Sequence record: SRR20825019_1943
DNA: 64,000 nucleotides
Strand: one strand, 5' to 3'
The position numbers and the translations under genes were made by a program. The notes beneath the pieces were generated by a model that saw only the letters and a list, made by a program, of their open reading frames with translations, ran no database searches and had not been told where the DNA came from. This document shows positions 9,442 to 19,174 of this stretch, in pieces (position 1 is the first letter of the stretch; the number at the start of each line of letters is the position of its first letter).

Positions 9442-9864
9442 TGACCTGAAAGCTGCTAGGCGGTTGGCTCTCTATAACCACAATGAATGGAGAACTGGGA
9501 CAGTGTCTTGATCACTGCCCAGGCCTCACATCTCAATTTGGTGCCCCCCCCCCCAAAAAAAACGTGACGCCAACGATGAAAGTACCCAATGATCAGATCA
9601 CTAGCGGGCTTATTACATCTGTTTCTCCAAGACCAACTGAGCTTTATCGGTTTGTCGCACGCGGCACTAGCCGTCGGACCACTCTTGATTGTTCAGGCCC
9701 TAACCGGTCTCGCCATGATGTTGTCTACCCTCATTTCGGGCGTAAACGGCGAGCTCATTCTTGAGAACGCTGGGGGTTTCGGGGTTTTGTTGCCGATTTT
9801 CGACTGCTACCTCTGGTGACCTCGCGGAAGGGGGGGCTCTCCAGCTTTGTACCGAGGGAAGTCC

Positions 9865-9957
9865 AGCAAACGGGTGCAGCTTTGAACTATTCAGTTTCAC
9901 CAGCGACACCAGACGGCTCGCCAGTTAGCTTTTTGAAATGGATAACAACATCTTTTA
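9865..9957. repeat. Copy B of the ~90-bp imperfect direct repeat
   Basis: Aligns with 3651-3740 in the same orientation. Confidence 0.85.
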
Positions 9958-10211
9958 CTACCGATAATGTGAACATCCCGGTTTTAGTTGCCCAACGATT
10001 TTTTCTCGCAAATTCTCGGTCGACCCCCTCTCCGCCAATCTCTATCAACTCCTGGCCCGCGCTGCATCGCCAGCGTCACGCCTTGCTGATGTAACAGTGC
10101 CCGCTGCCGCCCTTCGACGCGATATCTCTAGCGGGCTATAAATCCAATATCAGCGTACGTAATTCCACGCAGCCAACTGGCTTGCAAAGCTCTGGTCATC
10201 GATCTATATTT

Positions 10212-10234
10212 AAAATGTATTTTTAATATATGTT
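10212..10234. promoter_or_regulatory. NsrR-binding site
   Basis: AAAATGTATTT-T-TAATATATGTT, similar to the 11-1-11 NsrR box AAGATGYATTT-N-AAATRCATCTT; nsrR is nearby. Confidence 0.7.
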
Positions 10235-10247
10235 TATGAGGTGATGC

Positions 10248-10463
10248 ATGGACAAGGTACTTGGGTTTGCCAATACGGCATTGCTGGTAGCCGTCCTGGC
10301 GCTGATTGTGACGGTGCTAGTTTCTTATCCGTTCGCGGACCATCTGAGCCTGCAGGCTCAAATCGCGGCTCATATCGGCACGCTGATTTTCGCTACGCTG
10401 GTGAAGCTGTCCTATATTCTGCGGCTGATTTCCCTGAAAGCGTTGGGAAGACCCGTACACTAG
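10248..10463 (+). CDS. Small two-TM membrane protein, probably NsrR-regulated
   Basis: GAGGTG RBS; two hydrophobic helices; NsrR box directly upstream; paralog at 5028-5273. Confidence 0.8.
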   Translation: MDKVLGFANTALLVAVLALIVTVLVSYPFADHLSLQAQIAAHIGTLIFATLVKLSYILRLISLKALGRPVH

Positions 10464-10611
10464 CGACCGCTAGCCAGCGGGCTGGGGTATCCTGTACGCC
10501 TCTGACGCTACGATGTGGCTTTTGGCGGGATGGGGTATATTCTTCTGCGGTCCGCTCTTTTTCCTCCTTACCCGACCGCCTTGCTAGTCGTTACCCATCA
10601 GGAGTAGTTAC

Positions 10612-11049
10612 ATGCACATCACTCGGTACACCGATTATTCGCTGCGGGTATTGATCTACCTCGCCCTTCAGCAGGAGCGGCTGGTCACCATCCAGCAAAT
10701 CGCCGACAGTTACGACATCTCCAAGAACCATCTGATGAAAGTGGTGCACCAACTGACACTGAAGGGCTATATCGAGAGCGTTCGTGGCAAGAATGGTGGT
10801 CTGCGTCTGCACCGCAGACCGGAGGACATCAATATCGGCGTGTTGGTGCGTGAAACCGAGCAGGACATGAACCTGGTGGAGTGCTTTTCCAGCGACAACC
10901 AGTGCTGTATCACTCCGGTGTGTGGGCTGAAGAACATCCTGGCAGAGGCTCTGCGAGCATTCCTTAACACCCTGGATCAGTATACCCTGGCGGATATCCT
11001 AACCGAACGGCAAAAACCACAGTTGTTACGTTTATTGCAGATTGCTTGA
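10612..11049 (+). CDS. nsrR: NO-sensing Rrf2 family repressor NsrR
   Basis: TRYTDYSLRVLIYLA, ISKNHLMKVV, RGKNGG; Fe-S cysteines in LVECF...CCITPVC. Confidence 0.93.
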   Translation: MHITRYTDYSLRVLIYLALQQERLVTIQQIADSYDISKNHLMKVVHQLTLKGYIESVRGKNGGLRLHRRPEDINIGVLVRETEQDMNLVECFSSDNQCCITPVCGLKNILAEALRAFLNTLDQYTLADILTERQKPQLLRLLQIA

Positions 11050-11056
11050 ATTAATC

Positions 11057-12235
11057 TCAACCTTCGCGCCCGTCGAATCTGGGCTTCATCAAAATACCGG
11101 TATAGCGAACCAGAAACAGCGTAAACGCCAGCACCCACAATGCTCCGCTCATGCGTACACCAAGCACCCAGTCGATACCGCCAAACGCCGTCGTCACGCG
11201 AACCAAGGCTGCCAGCTGTATCGCAATAAAGGCCGTCACCATTCCCGGCGGTAAAGCCAACGGCCGACCTGTATGCCCGAGCGCTACGCGGGCAACAACA
11301 CCCAATACCAAGCTGCCGACAACACCCAGTCCCGCCGCATGCCCCCATGCGCTGGCCGGCCAACCCAGCAAGTGATAGCCGGCCAGCAACACTAGTGATA
11401 CCGGTATCCAAAGCAGCGATACATGGAGAATCCATAGCAGTGGGTTACGGGCGACAAGCCAACCTCGCCAGCCCACCAGTCGAGCCAGCATGAACACAGC
11501 TGCAGCAATGGAGGCAGCGCCAGTGGCAACATTAAGCTCCGCCAGCTTGAACGCCAGCACCGCTATCATGCTCAGAACCGCGAGCAGGTCGAGCCTCGGG
11601 ATAACCCGGATCACTGAAGGGTCGCGACCCTGCTGACGCAACCACCCTGTGGAAAATGCCGGCGTGATACGACCACCAATGATGCCGGATAATGCCATGG
11701 CCATAATCAGCCCTCCGGCGATAAATTTAGTGCTCAGAGTCACCACAAAGGCGATCTGCATACTCCAGAGCAGACCCAATATCATCAAAATCACGAGTTG
11801 GCGCCGCTGACGGGCCTGCCAGATCCGCCAGCCGGCATCGAGCATAACCAAAGGCAGGAAGGCCAGATTAACGACCTGCAGCAGAAGATCAGGTAGACCG
11901 CCCCCCAGCAACAGCAGTAGTCGCCCGGCAAGCCAGACCAACCAGAGTCCCAGCAACCGGGCTCCATGTGTACGCTCGGTATTCGTCCAGACACAGACCG
12001 CCGTGAGCAGAAAACCCGCGATCGCGGCGGAAAGGAAGCCAAACAACATCTCGTGCTGGTGCCAGAGTATACCCGGCATCGCCAAGGGGGGCTGAACCAC
12101 ACCCGTGGCCACTAAAATCCACAGCGGCACGAACACGATGGCGATCAGCGTCAGCGAAAGGAAAAATATCCTGAACGGGTAGCTGAATAGTTGCCTTACG
12201 GAAGGCTTGGCAGGATTGGCCGCAATGGTCTGCAT
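11057..12235 (-). CDS. nnrS: NnrS family NO-response membrane protein
   Basis: FSYPFRIFFL, WHQHEMLFGF, GFLLTAV..WT, GGRITPAFS, RVALGHTGR; start set at MQTI with AGGAG RBS. Confidence 0.95.
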   Translation of the reverse strand: MQTIAANPAKPSVRQLFSYPFRIFFLSLTLIAIVFVPLWILVATGVVQPPLAMPGILWHQHEMLFGFLSAAIAGFLLTAVCVWTNTERTHGARLLGLWLVWLAGRLLLLLGGGLPDLLLQVVNLAFLPLVMLDAGWRIWQARQRRQLVILMILGLLWSMQIAFVVTLSTKFIAGGLIMAMALSGIIGGRITPAFSTGWLRQQGRDPSVIRVIPRLDLLAVLSMIAVLAFKLAELNVATGAASIAAAVFMLARLVGWRGWLVARNPLLWILHVSLLWIPVSLVLLAGYHLLGWPASAWGHAAGLGVVGSLVLGVVARVALGHTGRPLALPPGMVTAFIAIQLAALVRVTTAFGGIDWVLGVRMSGALWVLAFTLFLVRYTGILMKPRFDGREG

Positions 12236-12292
12236 AGCACTCAAACTCCTAGAAACAGTTTGATTGAACGACCAGGGAAGTTTATCTTTTAT

Positions 12293-12315
12293 AAAATGTA
12301 TTTTATATAAATCTT
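12293..12315. promoter_or_regulatory. NsrR-binding site between divergent nnrS and the SirB2-like gene
   Basis: AAAATGTATTT-T-ATATAAATCTT. Confidence 0.75.
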
Positions 12316-12433
12316 TATAGGTAAATCCATTAGCAGTTAGCTTAAAATTGACCGGAATTTTTAGCGGAGCGCCACGAACAGGCATCATCATGACGTTCGC
12401 GCCCGCAGATTGAGCGCAAACAGGAGACGCTTA

Positions 12434-12808
12434 GTGCACTGGTATACCTTGCTGAAAACTCTTCACGTGACGACAGCTTGCCTGACCGCAGCGTTATTCA
12501 CTCTTCGCCTGGCTCTCGATGCCTCTGGACGGCCAGGCTGGCGTACCACGCCACTGAAGTGGCTTCCCCACCTCAACGATACCGTGTTACTGGCTGCAGC
12601 CTTGGGCCTGCTAGTCGTTACCGGCTGGATGCCGTTCGTTCACCACTGGCTTACGGGCAAAATCTTGCTGCTACTGGGCTATATCATCGCCGGTCGGTTT
12701 GCCATGAGACCCCAGTACCGTTTTTCAACTCGACTGATCGCGAGCATCCTTGCCCTCGCTCAATTGGCGCTCATATTCTGGCTGGCGCTGAATAAGCCGA
12801 TGTTTTAA
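12434..12808 (+). CDS. SirB2/YchQ family membrane protein
   Basis: LKTLHV, LPHLNDTVLLAAAL, WLTGKILLLLGYI, KPM C-terminus; CAGGAG RBS before GTG 12434. Confidence 0.88.
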   Translation: MHWYTLLKTLHVTTACLTAALFTLRLALDASGRPGWRTTPLKWLPHLNDTVLLAAALGLLVVTGWMPFVHHWLTGKILLLLGYIIAGRFAMRPQYRFSTRLIASILALAQLALIFWLALNKPMF

Positions 12809-12963
12809 CTCAATCGAGCACAATGCCTTCATCGAAGCCCCCTCCTCTGGTGTACCAGGGCACTTTTCAACGGACAGCGCCGCCTATATCTCCATGTAAG
12901 TCGCCGATTTTCCGATCATTTTATATTATTAAACGGGCTTTCCCTGTGTCGTTGATAACCTGA

Positions 12964-13173
12964 TCACGGTTGGCTATCCGGCGGAGCACCCTCCTCACAT
13001 TTTCTGCAGTCAAGCTCAAGCCCCAGCCTCGACTTTCTACCTTCCACTGAAGTGACCCAAGGGCGGTTCACCCACGGCGGCGAATGACGCACATGCTGAT
13101 TGTGGCCGCACGCCAACTGTGCAACCCAGTGGTTTTCCTTGTCTTTATGATAGCCAGTGATGGGTTGTTTCAT
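12964..13173 (-). CDS. DUF3565-like small Cys/His protein
   Basis: WVAQLACGHNQHVRHSPPW..RPWV....GR....G..LDCRKC pattern. Confidence 0.8.
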   Translation of the reverse strand: MKQPITGYHKDKENHWVAQLACGHNQHVRHSPPWVNRPWVTSVEGRKSRLGLELDCRKCEEGAPPDSQP

Positions 13174-13182
13174 AAGCTCCAA

Positions 13183-14295
13183 TCACGCAAGAGACCGGGC
13201 TGGCCGAACCGCTTCCGCAACCATCCCCGCCAGAAGCCCGAAAAAGGGATCGGCCCAGACGGTCACCAATGCGGTTATCGCAATGACCGGCCAGCAAGAC
13301 GGCTTGGCTGCCCAGAGACGTCTGGACACGGCAAGCTCAACGGCGGCTACCAACAACAAGGCACCTAGACCGGCTACCGGAATGGCGGCAATAAATGAAA
13401 AGCCGCCCGGCAGAAAAGCAACCATGAGCAAAGCGGTTCCCAGCAGAACGGGGGCCATGCCGGTCCGGGCACCGAAACGATGGTGCGCGGCCACGCCTCC
13501 GGCGCCATGACACATGGGCAAAGCACCGAGCGGAACGAGAAAAAGGTTGGCCAACCCCGTTGTCACGGACAGGCGGCCTGGCGACACGCGGTGCGATTGC
13601 TCGCCGAAGTAATCCCCAACCACCAGGGCCGTCAGTACGACGGCGTTGGTGATCGTAAGCGCCAACTGAGGTAACACCAGCACGGAGATCGCCTGCTGCC
13701 AATCGTTTATGCCTGGCAGTTGAGGTAGTGCAAATGGAACCGAACCTGCTGCGGGCAGAGTCAGTCCCGGCGCGCCCAGTACCGCGCCGATCACTAACGC
13801 CACACCAAGTCCTATCAGGGCTGCTGGCCAGTTCGGCAACACCTTGAGGGTGATGGCCAACACCGTCAAGGTGATCACACCCAACGGCAAGGACGTGGCC
13901 ATCAACCCCAGGCTCATGTTGGCCAGCAGCAACCCCAGCCCCAGTTGAAGGCCGCTCAATACCGAGCCGGGCACAAGACGTGCCACACGGTTAATCCATC
14001 CGGTTGCGCCCAGGAGTAGTAGTACTGCTCCGATCAGCACGCCACTTGCCACCAGGCTTTGGGAAGTCACCTCGGTGGTCAGCAACAACGCAGCAACCGC
14101 TTTCATCGGTTGCACCGGTATCGGCAGCCGATAGTACAGCCCGGTTGCAATGTAGAACACGGCAAACCCCAGCAGTACAGGCACCGGTGCCAGCCCTGCC
14201 ACGCCGATCGCCCCAAGACTCAGTGGCAGCAGGGTGCCGATGTCACCCAGCGCCCCGCTGACCTCCTTCACTGAATCTTTTGGGTTTAAGGGCAT
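13183..14295 (-). CDS. MOT1-family putative molybdate/sulfate transporter
   Basis: EVSGALGDIGT, P.PVQPMKA and PMCHGAGG.A..HRFGAR motifs of MOT1. Confidence 0.9.
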   Translation of the reverse strand: MPLNPKDSVKEVSGALGDIGTLLPLSLGAIGVAGLAPVPVLLGFAVFYIATGLYYRLPIPVQPMKAVAALLLTTEVTSQSLVASGVLIGAVLLLLGATGWINRVARLVPGSVLSGLQLGLGLLLANMSLGLMATSLPLGVITLTVLAITLKVLPNWPAALIGLGVALVIGAVLGAPGLTLPAAGSVPFALPQLPGINDWQQAISVLVLPQLALTITNAVVLTALVVGDYFGEQSHRVSPGRLSVTTGLANLFLVPLGALPMCHGAGGVAAHHRFGARTGMAPVLLGTALLMVAFLPGGFSFIAAIPVAGLGALLLVAAVELAVSRRLWAAKPSCWPVIAITALVTVWADPFFGLLAGMVAEAVRPARSLA

Positions 14296-14346
14296 GCGGG
14301 CTCCTGGTTCATTGGCCTGTTTTTATTGAGTTATTATTGGCAACAC

Positions 14347-15234
14347 TCACGCGTTATAGACAACATGTCCCAGCTCCGCGATGTCGTAACCGCCCAACGC
14401 CTCGGCGCGCTGTACAAATCGCTCGCTACCGGCAAACGACAGCAACCTCTGCATGGCCGGATCAAAGTAGTGGCGCCGGCGCATGGCCAGATCAAAATGC
14501 TCCTGTTGCAGCGGAATAAACGCCAATCCCTGGCGCCGGGCCGCCGCTTCGATTCCCACGCCAACATCCGCTTCGCCCTGGCGAATGGCCAAGGCGAGAT
14601 CGTCTTCGCTGAGCGACGGATGCGTTGCCCACGTGAGGTGTCCGGCATCGAGGCGGTGGCGTGCCAGCAAACTCTGCAACAAATGGCTGACGCCGGCATC
14701 GGGCTGGCGATGGGCCAGACGTATGCCGGGGCGGGCGATATCCTCCAAGCGGGCAAGTCGGTGAGGGTTATCGGCGGCTAAGAGGAGCCCCTGCTGGCGC
14801 TTCGCCCAGCGAATCAGCACCAGGTCGCGCATGCCGCTCAACCCCAATGTGACAGGATCATTGTAGCCCCGGCTTTCAGCGTGCCAGATATGCATCCCGG
14901 CGAGCATTGCGCGCCCGGCGATCAATCGCTGTACGCCATCGCCACTCCCCTGACACAGCAGCGCCAGCTCCGCACCGCTCTCCTTCACCGCCCACTCCAA
15001 CAATGGATCCTGGCTGCCCGCCAGAACCGGCGGGGTCGGCGAACTGACGGCGTCGTCACCCTCCAGATGGTTCATCAACCACAGATCAATACGCTGGCGT
15101 GGGAACAACAGCTTTCCCGTCACCCGCACACAGGGAATCACGCCCTGGCTGACCAGATCATAGACTTTGCGCTCTTTCAGACGCAGATACTCGGCAGCTT
15201 CGGCCGTGGTGAGGTATGCGGGAAGCGTCATCAA
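14347..15234 (-). CDS. Excisionase-type HTH plus molybdate/tungstate-binding (PBP) transcriptional regulator
   Basis: YLTTAEAAEYLRLKERKVYDLV N-terminal HTH; GSQDPLLEWA...RQQGL...HRQPDAG PBP domain; divergent from tupBCA. Confidence 0.88.
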   Translation of the reverse strand: MMTLPAYLTTAEAAEYLRLKERKVYDLVSQGVIPCVRVTGKLLFPRQRIDLWLMNHLEGDDAVSSPTPPVLAGSQDPLLEWAVKESGAELALLCQGSGDGVQRLIAGRAMLAGMHIWHAESRGYNDPVTLGLSGMRDLVLIRWAKRQQGLLLAADNPHRLARLEDIARPGIRLAHRQPDAGVSHLLQSLLARHRLDAGHLTWATHPSLSEDDLALAIRQGEADVGVGIEAAARRQGLAFIPLQQEHFDLAMRRRHYFDPAMQRLLSFAGSERFVQRAEALGGYDIAELGHVVYNA

Positions 15235-15347
15235 TCTCTCCTGCTGCCTGGAAAAGCACTAAACTGTTTTTAGCTGCATATTTTTCAACAGGCTGTGCAA
15301 AGCGTAGTCAGAAACTCCACGATGCTCAATAACAAGGAGACGCAGCT

Positions 15348-16046
15348 GTGGAAAATAATGCGTTCTGCGTGGCGCTGTCGCTACTGCTAAACCTAGACGC
15401 TTCGCTCTTTCAGATCGTGGCGCTTTCGCTGCAGGTGTCGCTTATGGCGGTACTGATCGCGGCCGTTCTGGGGTTCCCCCTCGGTGCGGCGGTGGCACTG
15501 TGGCGATTCCCCGGGCGCGGCGTCATGATTGTCGTCCTCAACGCCTTGATGGGGCTGCCTCCGGTGGTGGCCGGGCTCGCCGTCTACTTGCTGCTCTCGC
15601 GAGCCGGCCCTCTGGGTGAGTGGGGGTTCCTGTTTACACCAGGAGCCATGGTCATTGCCCAGGTGGTCCTGGTATTGCCAATTCTTGCCGCGCTCTCGCG
15701 TCAGAAGGTGGAAGAGCTTCTGGGAGAGTACCGCGAGCAATTCATGTCACTGGGTATGTCGCGCTCACGCATGATGCCCACTCTGCTGTGGGATGCCCGT
15801 TTTGCGCTATTGACCGTTCTGCTTGCCGGTTTTGGCCGCGCCAGCGCCGAAGTGGGCGCGGTGATGATGGTCGGCGGCAATATTGATGGGGTCACGCGGG
15901 TCATGACCACCGCCATTGTGCTGGAAACCGGCAAAGGCAACCTGCCACTGGCACTGGGGCTGGGGATTGTGCTGCTGACGCTGGTCATGCTGATTAACGC
16001 AGGCGCCTATTTGGTGGGCGAACTGACAAGGAGACGGATAGGATGA
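15348..16046 (+). CDS. tupB: Tungstate ABC transporter permease
   Basis: LMGLPPVVAGL, GFGRASAEVGAVMMVGGNI.G.TRVMTTAI. Confidence 0.92.
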   Translation: MENNAFCVALSLLLNLDASLFQIVALSLQVSLMAVLIAAVLGFPLGAAVALWRFPGRGVMIVVLNALMGLPPVVAGLAVYLLLSRAGPLGEWGFLFTPGAMVIAQVVLVLPILAALSRQKVEELLGEYREQFMSLGMSRSRMMPTLLWDARFALLTVLLAGFGRASAEVGAVMMVGGNIDGVTRVMTTAIVLETGKGNLPLALGLGIVLLTLVMLINAGAYLVGELTRRRIG

Positions 16047-16786
16047 CGTCATTCAACGTTCCGCTCCTTGCCTCGGCCGCCCTCCTCCCGCCACCAACGC
16101 TGCGTTTTGATGGCGTCGCCTTCAACCAGCAGGGCAAGGCGCTACTGGGACCCTGCTCATTCACCCTGGACGGCACCGGCCCTACCCTGGTGATGGGACC
16201 CAACGGGGCGGGCAAGAGTCTTCTGTTACGGCTGGCGCACGGTTTGCTCTCACCCACTCAGGGACAGGTGGCCTGGTCACGTGGGGGGCGCCCCCGCCAG
16301 GCAATGGTGTTCCAGCAACCGGTACTGTTGCGTCGCTCGGCCCTGGCCAATCTCGTTCACGCGTTGGCCGTCAACAATGTCCCCCGCAAGACACGTACAC
16401 AGATCGCCTGCGAAGCGCTTGAGCATTTTGGGCTTACCTCCTGCACAAACACGCCCGCGCGCGTGCTATCCGGCGGCGAACAGCAGCGCCTGGCACTGGC
16501 TCGCGCCTGGGTTCTTTCTCCTCAGGTGCTGTTTCTGGATGAACCCACCTCCGCACTCGACCCGGCGGCTATTAAAGGCGTGGAGGCGGCGGTACGCAAG
16601 TTTCATCAGCGGGGAACGCGCATCGTAATGACCACTCACGATCTGCATCAGGCCAGGCGCCTTGCCGGAGATGTATTGTTTCTTTCTGGTGGAAAGGTGT
16701 GCGAACACACCCCCGCCGACGTCTTTTTCAACAGGCCCGTCTCGCGGGAGGCACAAGCGTTTATTGCCGGAGAACTGGTGGGATAG
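16043..16786 (+). CDS. tupC: Tungstate ABC transporter ATP-binding protein
   Basis: Walker A GPNGAGKS, signature LSGGEQQR, LFLDEPT; lies between tupB and tupA. Confidence 0.9.
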   Translation: MTSFNVPLLASAALLPPPTLRFDGVAFNQQGKALLGPCSFTLDGTGPTLVMGPNGAGKSLLLRLAHGLLSPTQGQVAWSRGGRPRQAMVFQQPVLLRRSALANLVHALAVNNVPRKTRTQIACEALEHFGLTSCTNTPARVLSGGEQQRLALARAWVLSPQVLFLDEPTSALDPAAIKGVEAAVRKFHQRGTRIVMTTHDLHQARRLAGDVLFLSGGKVCEHTPADVFFNRPVSREAQAFIAGELVG

Positions 16787-16852
16787 TTTTACTCTGACGG
16801 TTTACCGGCTGGCTACTCAATGGAAGTTCCACACGCGAAAGGAGAAAACAAG

Positions 16853-17659
16853 ATGAACAAAGGCTTAACCCTTGTACTCGCAGGTGTAACCAGCATGGGC
16901 CTGGCGTTCAGCGCTCTCGCTGATGACTACATCACTCTGGCCTCAACGACGTCCACCCAGAACTCGGGGCTGTTCAACGCCATTTTACCGCAGTTCGAAG
17001 ACCATACCGGCATCGACGTACGGGTGGTGGCAGTGGGCACCGGACAGGCCTTTGAAATCGCCCGTCGCGGCGACGCCGACAGCCTTCTGGTACACGACAC
17101 CGCCGGAGAAAAGCGCTTTGTCGAGAGCGGCTTCGCCAGTGAGCGGGCCGATGTCATGTACAACGATTTCGTGTTGATTGGCCCCGCAGACGATCCGGCG
17201 AATATTGGTGAGGCGCAAAGTGCCGCTGAAGCCTTCGCGGCGATTGCCAATGCCAAGGCACCCTTCACCTCACGCGGCGATGACAGCGGCACCAATCGCG
17301 CCGAGTTACGCCTCTGGGAGAACGCCGGCGTGGACCCCGACGGCGACTGGTACCGCGAACTCGGCAGTGGCATGGGGCCAACCCTCAACACCGCCGCAGC
17401 CATGGACGCGTACGTGATGTCGGACCGCGCCACCTGGGTGGCGTTTGGCAACCACCAGAACCTGAGGCTGCTTTTTGCCGGCGACGAAGTACTGTTCAAC
17501 CAGTACGGTAGCCTGCTGATCTCCGAAGAGAAGCATCCGCATCTCAAGCACGATCTCGCTGAACAGTGGCACAACTGGCTGATTTCCGAGGATGGCCAGC
17601 AAGCGATTGCAGACTTCAAGGTGGACGGACAACAGCTGTTTTTCCCGAATGCCAAATAG
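16853..17659 (+). CDS. tupA: Tungstate-binding periplasmic protein
   Basis: Signal peptide; STTSTQNSGL, VGTGQA, YNDFV, SRGDDSGT motifs; AGGAG RBS. Confidence 0.93.
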   Translation: MNKGLTLVLAGVTSMGLAFSALADDYITLASTTSTQNSGLFNAILPQFEDHTGIDVRVVAVGTGQAFEIARRGDADSLLVHDTAGEKRFVESGFASERADVMYNDFVLIGPADDPANIGEAQSAAEAFAAIANAKAPFTSRGDDSGTNRAELRLWENAGVDPDGDWYRELGSGMGPTLNTAAAMDAYVMSDRATWVAFGNHQNLRLLFAGDEVLFNQYGSLLISEEKHPHLKHDLAEQWHNWLISEDGQQAIADFKVDGQQLFFPNAK

Positions 17660-17724
17660 GCTAATCTCTGGGGACGTGCATCGAGATTCAAGTCCGTGGC
17701 GTTCCTGGAAGAGCTATAACAACA

Positions 17725-18594
17725 ATGACGATTAATCCGATACTGCCCGATCCCAAAGACCCTCGTTTGTCCCGCGCCGTCGAGGGCGTTGATGAAAACG
17801 GTCAATCAAAGTCCATCAGCGTGATCGAAGAACGCCCCCTGACGATCTATCTGAACAGCCAGGAGATCGTCACCGCCATGACCATTGGCGATCACCCGGA
17901 GTATCTGGCCCTCGGCTTTCTTCTGAATCAAGGTATGCTGAAGGAAACCGATCAGGTCACCGGAATTGACTTCGACGAAGAGCTGGAAGTCGCCGTGGTG
18001 CGTACCGCAGGTGTTACCGATGTCGAAGACAAACTGGAAAAGAAAACCCGGACGTCCGGCTGCGCCGTGGGTACGGTGTTCGGTGACATGATGGCGGGGC
18101 TTGAAGGCCTGTCGCTACCGGACACGCCGGTGCACACCAGCACGTTTTACGATCTTTCCTACCAGATCAACCACACTCCCAGCCTGTACATGGAAACCGG
18201 CGCCATTCACGGCACGGTTCTGTGTCAGGATCGCCAGATTCTGGCCTACATGGAGGATGTCGGGCGCCACAACGCGGTGGATAAGATCGCAGGATGGATG
18301 TACCTGAACGGCATCACCGCCGCCGACAAAGTCCTCTACACCACGGGCCGCCTGACCTCCGAAATGGTCATCAAAACCTCCCTGATGGGAATCCCGACCC
18401 TGATCAGCCGGTCGGGCTTTACCGCTTGGGGCGTCGATATTGCCCGGCAGGTCGGATTGACCCTGATCGGTCGGATGCGCGGTAAAAAGTTCACGTGCCT
18501 CAGTGGGCAACACCGCCTGGTGTTCGATCAGGACTTGTCACAGGTTCCTGACGAGGACAAAAAGCACCGTCGAAAAGGGGCCGAGCATGACTGA
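17725..18594 (+). CDS. fdhD: Formate dehydrogenase accessory sulfurtransferase
   Basis: TSGCAVG, TGAIHG, EDVGRHNAVDK, TGRLTSEMVIK. Confidence 0.95.
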   Translation: MTINPILPDPKDPRLSRAVEGVDENGQSKSISVIEERPLTIYLNSQEIVTAMTIGDHPEYLALGFLLNQGMLKETDQVTGIDFDEELEVAVVRTAGVTDVEDKLEKKTRTSGCAVGTVFGDMMAGLEGLSLPDTPVHTSTFYDLSYQINHTPSLYMETGAIHGTVLCQDRQILAYMEDVGRHNAVDKIAGWMYLNGITAADKVLYTTGRLTSEMVIKTSLMGIPTLISRSGFTAWGVDIARQVGLTLIGRMRGKKFTCLSGQHRLVFDQDLSQVPDEDKKHRRKGAEHD

Positions 18595-19174
18595 TTGCGC
18601 GGTCATTCTGGCGGGCGGCCAGGCCAACCGGATGGGCGGCGGCGACAAGGGACGGTTGATGCTGGGTGATCAGTCGTTGATCCAGCGGGTCATCGACCGG
18701 ATTACACCTCAGGTGGACGCCGTGGTGTTGAACGCCAACGGCGATCTGAGTCGGTTTGATGATCTGGGGCTGCCAGTGGTGGCTGATTCGATCGCTGATT
18801 TTCCAGGCCCGCTGGCAGGTGTTCTGGCGGGCATGGATTGGGCGGCCGAACAAGGGCATGAATGGCTGATCAGCGTCGCTGCGGACACCCCATCGTTCCC
18901 CCGGGACCTGGCTGCACGGTTGGCCGGGCATGACACGCCGGTGGTGCTCGCGGCGACACCGGATCCGGAACGTGGTCGCCTGCCCCAGCCAACGTTTGGC
19001 CGCTGGCGGGTCGCGTTGCGGGATGATCTTCGAGCCGCCCTGAACGACGGCGTGCGCAAGATCCGCCAGTGGACACAAGCCCAGGGTGAAACCCTGGTGG
19101 TGTTCGGCGAGGACGACTTTTTCAACATCAACACACCGGAAGACCTGGCCTGGGCGGAGAAGCACCTGAAGTGA
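18587..19174 (+). CDS. mobA: Molybdenum cofactor guanylyltransferase
   Basis: VILAGGQANRMGGGDKG, GPLAGVLAG, FFNINTPEDL. Confidence 0.95.
   Translation: MTDCAVILAGGQANRMGGGDKGRLMLGDQSLIQRVIDRITPQVDAVVLNANGDLSRFDDLGLPVVADSIADFPGPLAGVLAGMDWAAEQGHEWLISVAADTPSFPRDLAARLAGHDTPVVLAATPDPERGRLPQPTFGRWRVALRDDLRAALNDGVRKIRQWTQAQGETLVVFGEDDFFNINTPEDLAWAEKHLK

Noticed and set aside
9544-9562. C11-A8 homopolymer run
   Set aside because: It lies in degraded intergenic DNA with no credible gene or promoter, so phase variation is unsupported; it may be a sequencing artefact
9483-10094. Short ORFs 9483-9764, 9589-9819 and 9816-10094
   Set aside because: No RBS or family motif; they overlap the repeat relic and look like pseudogene debris
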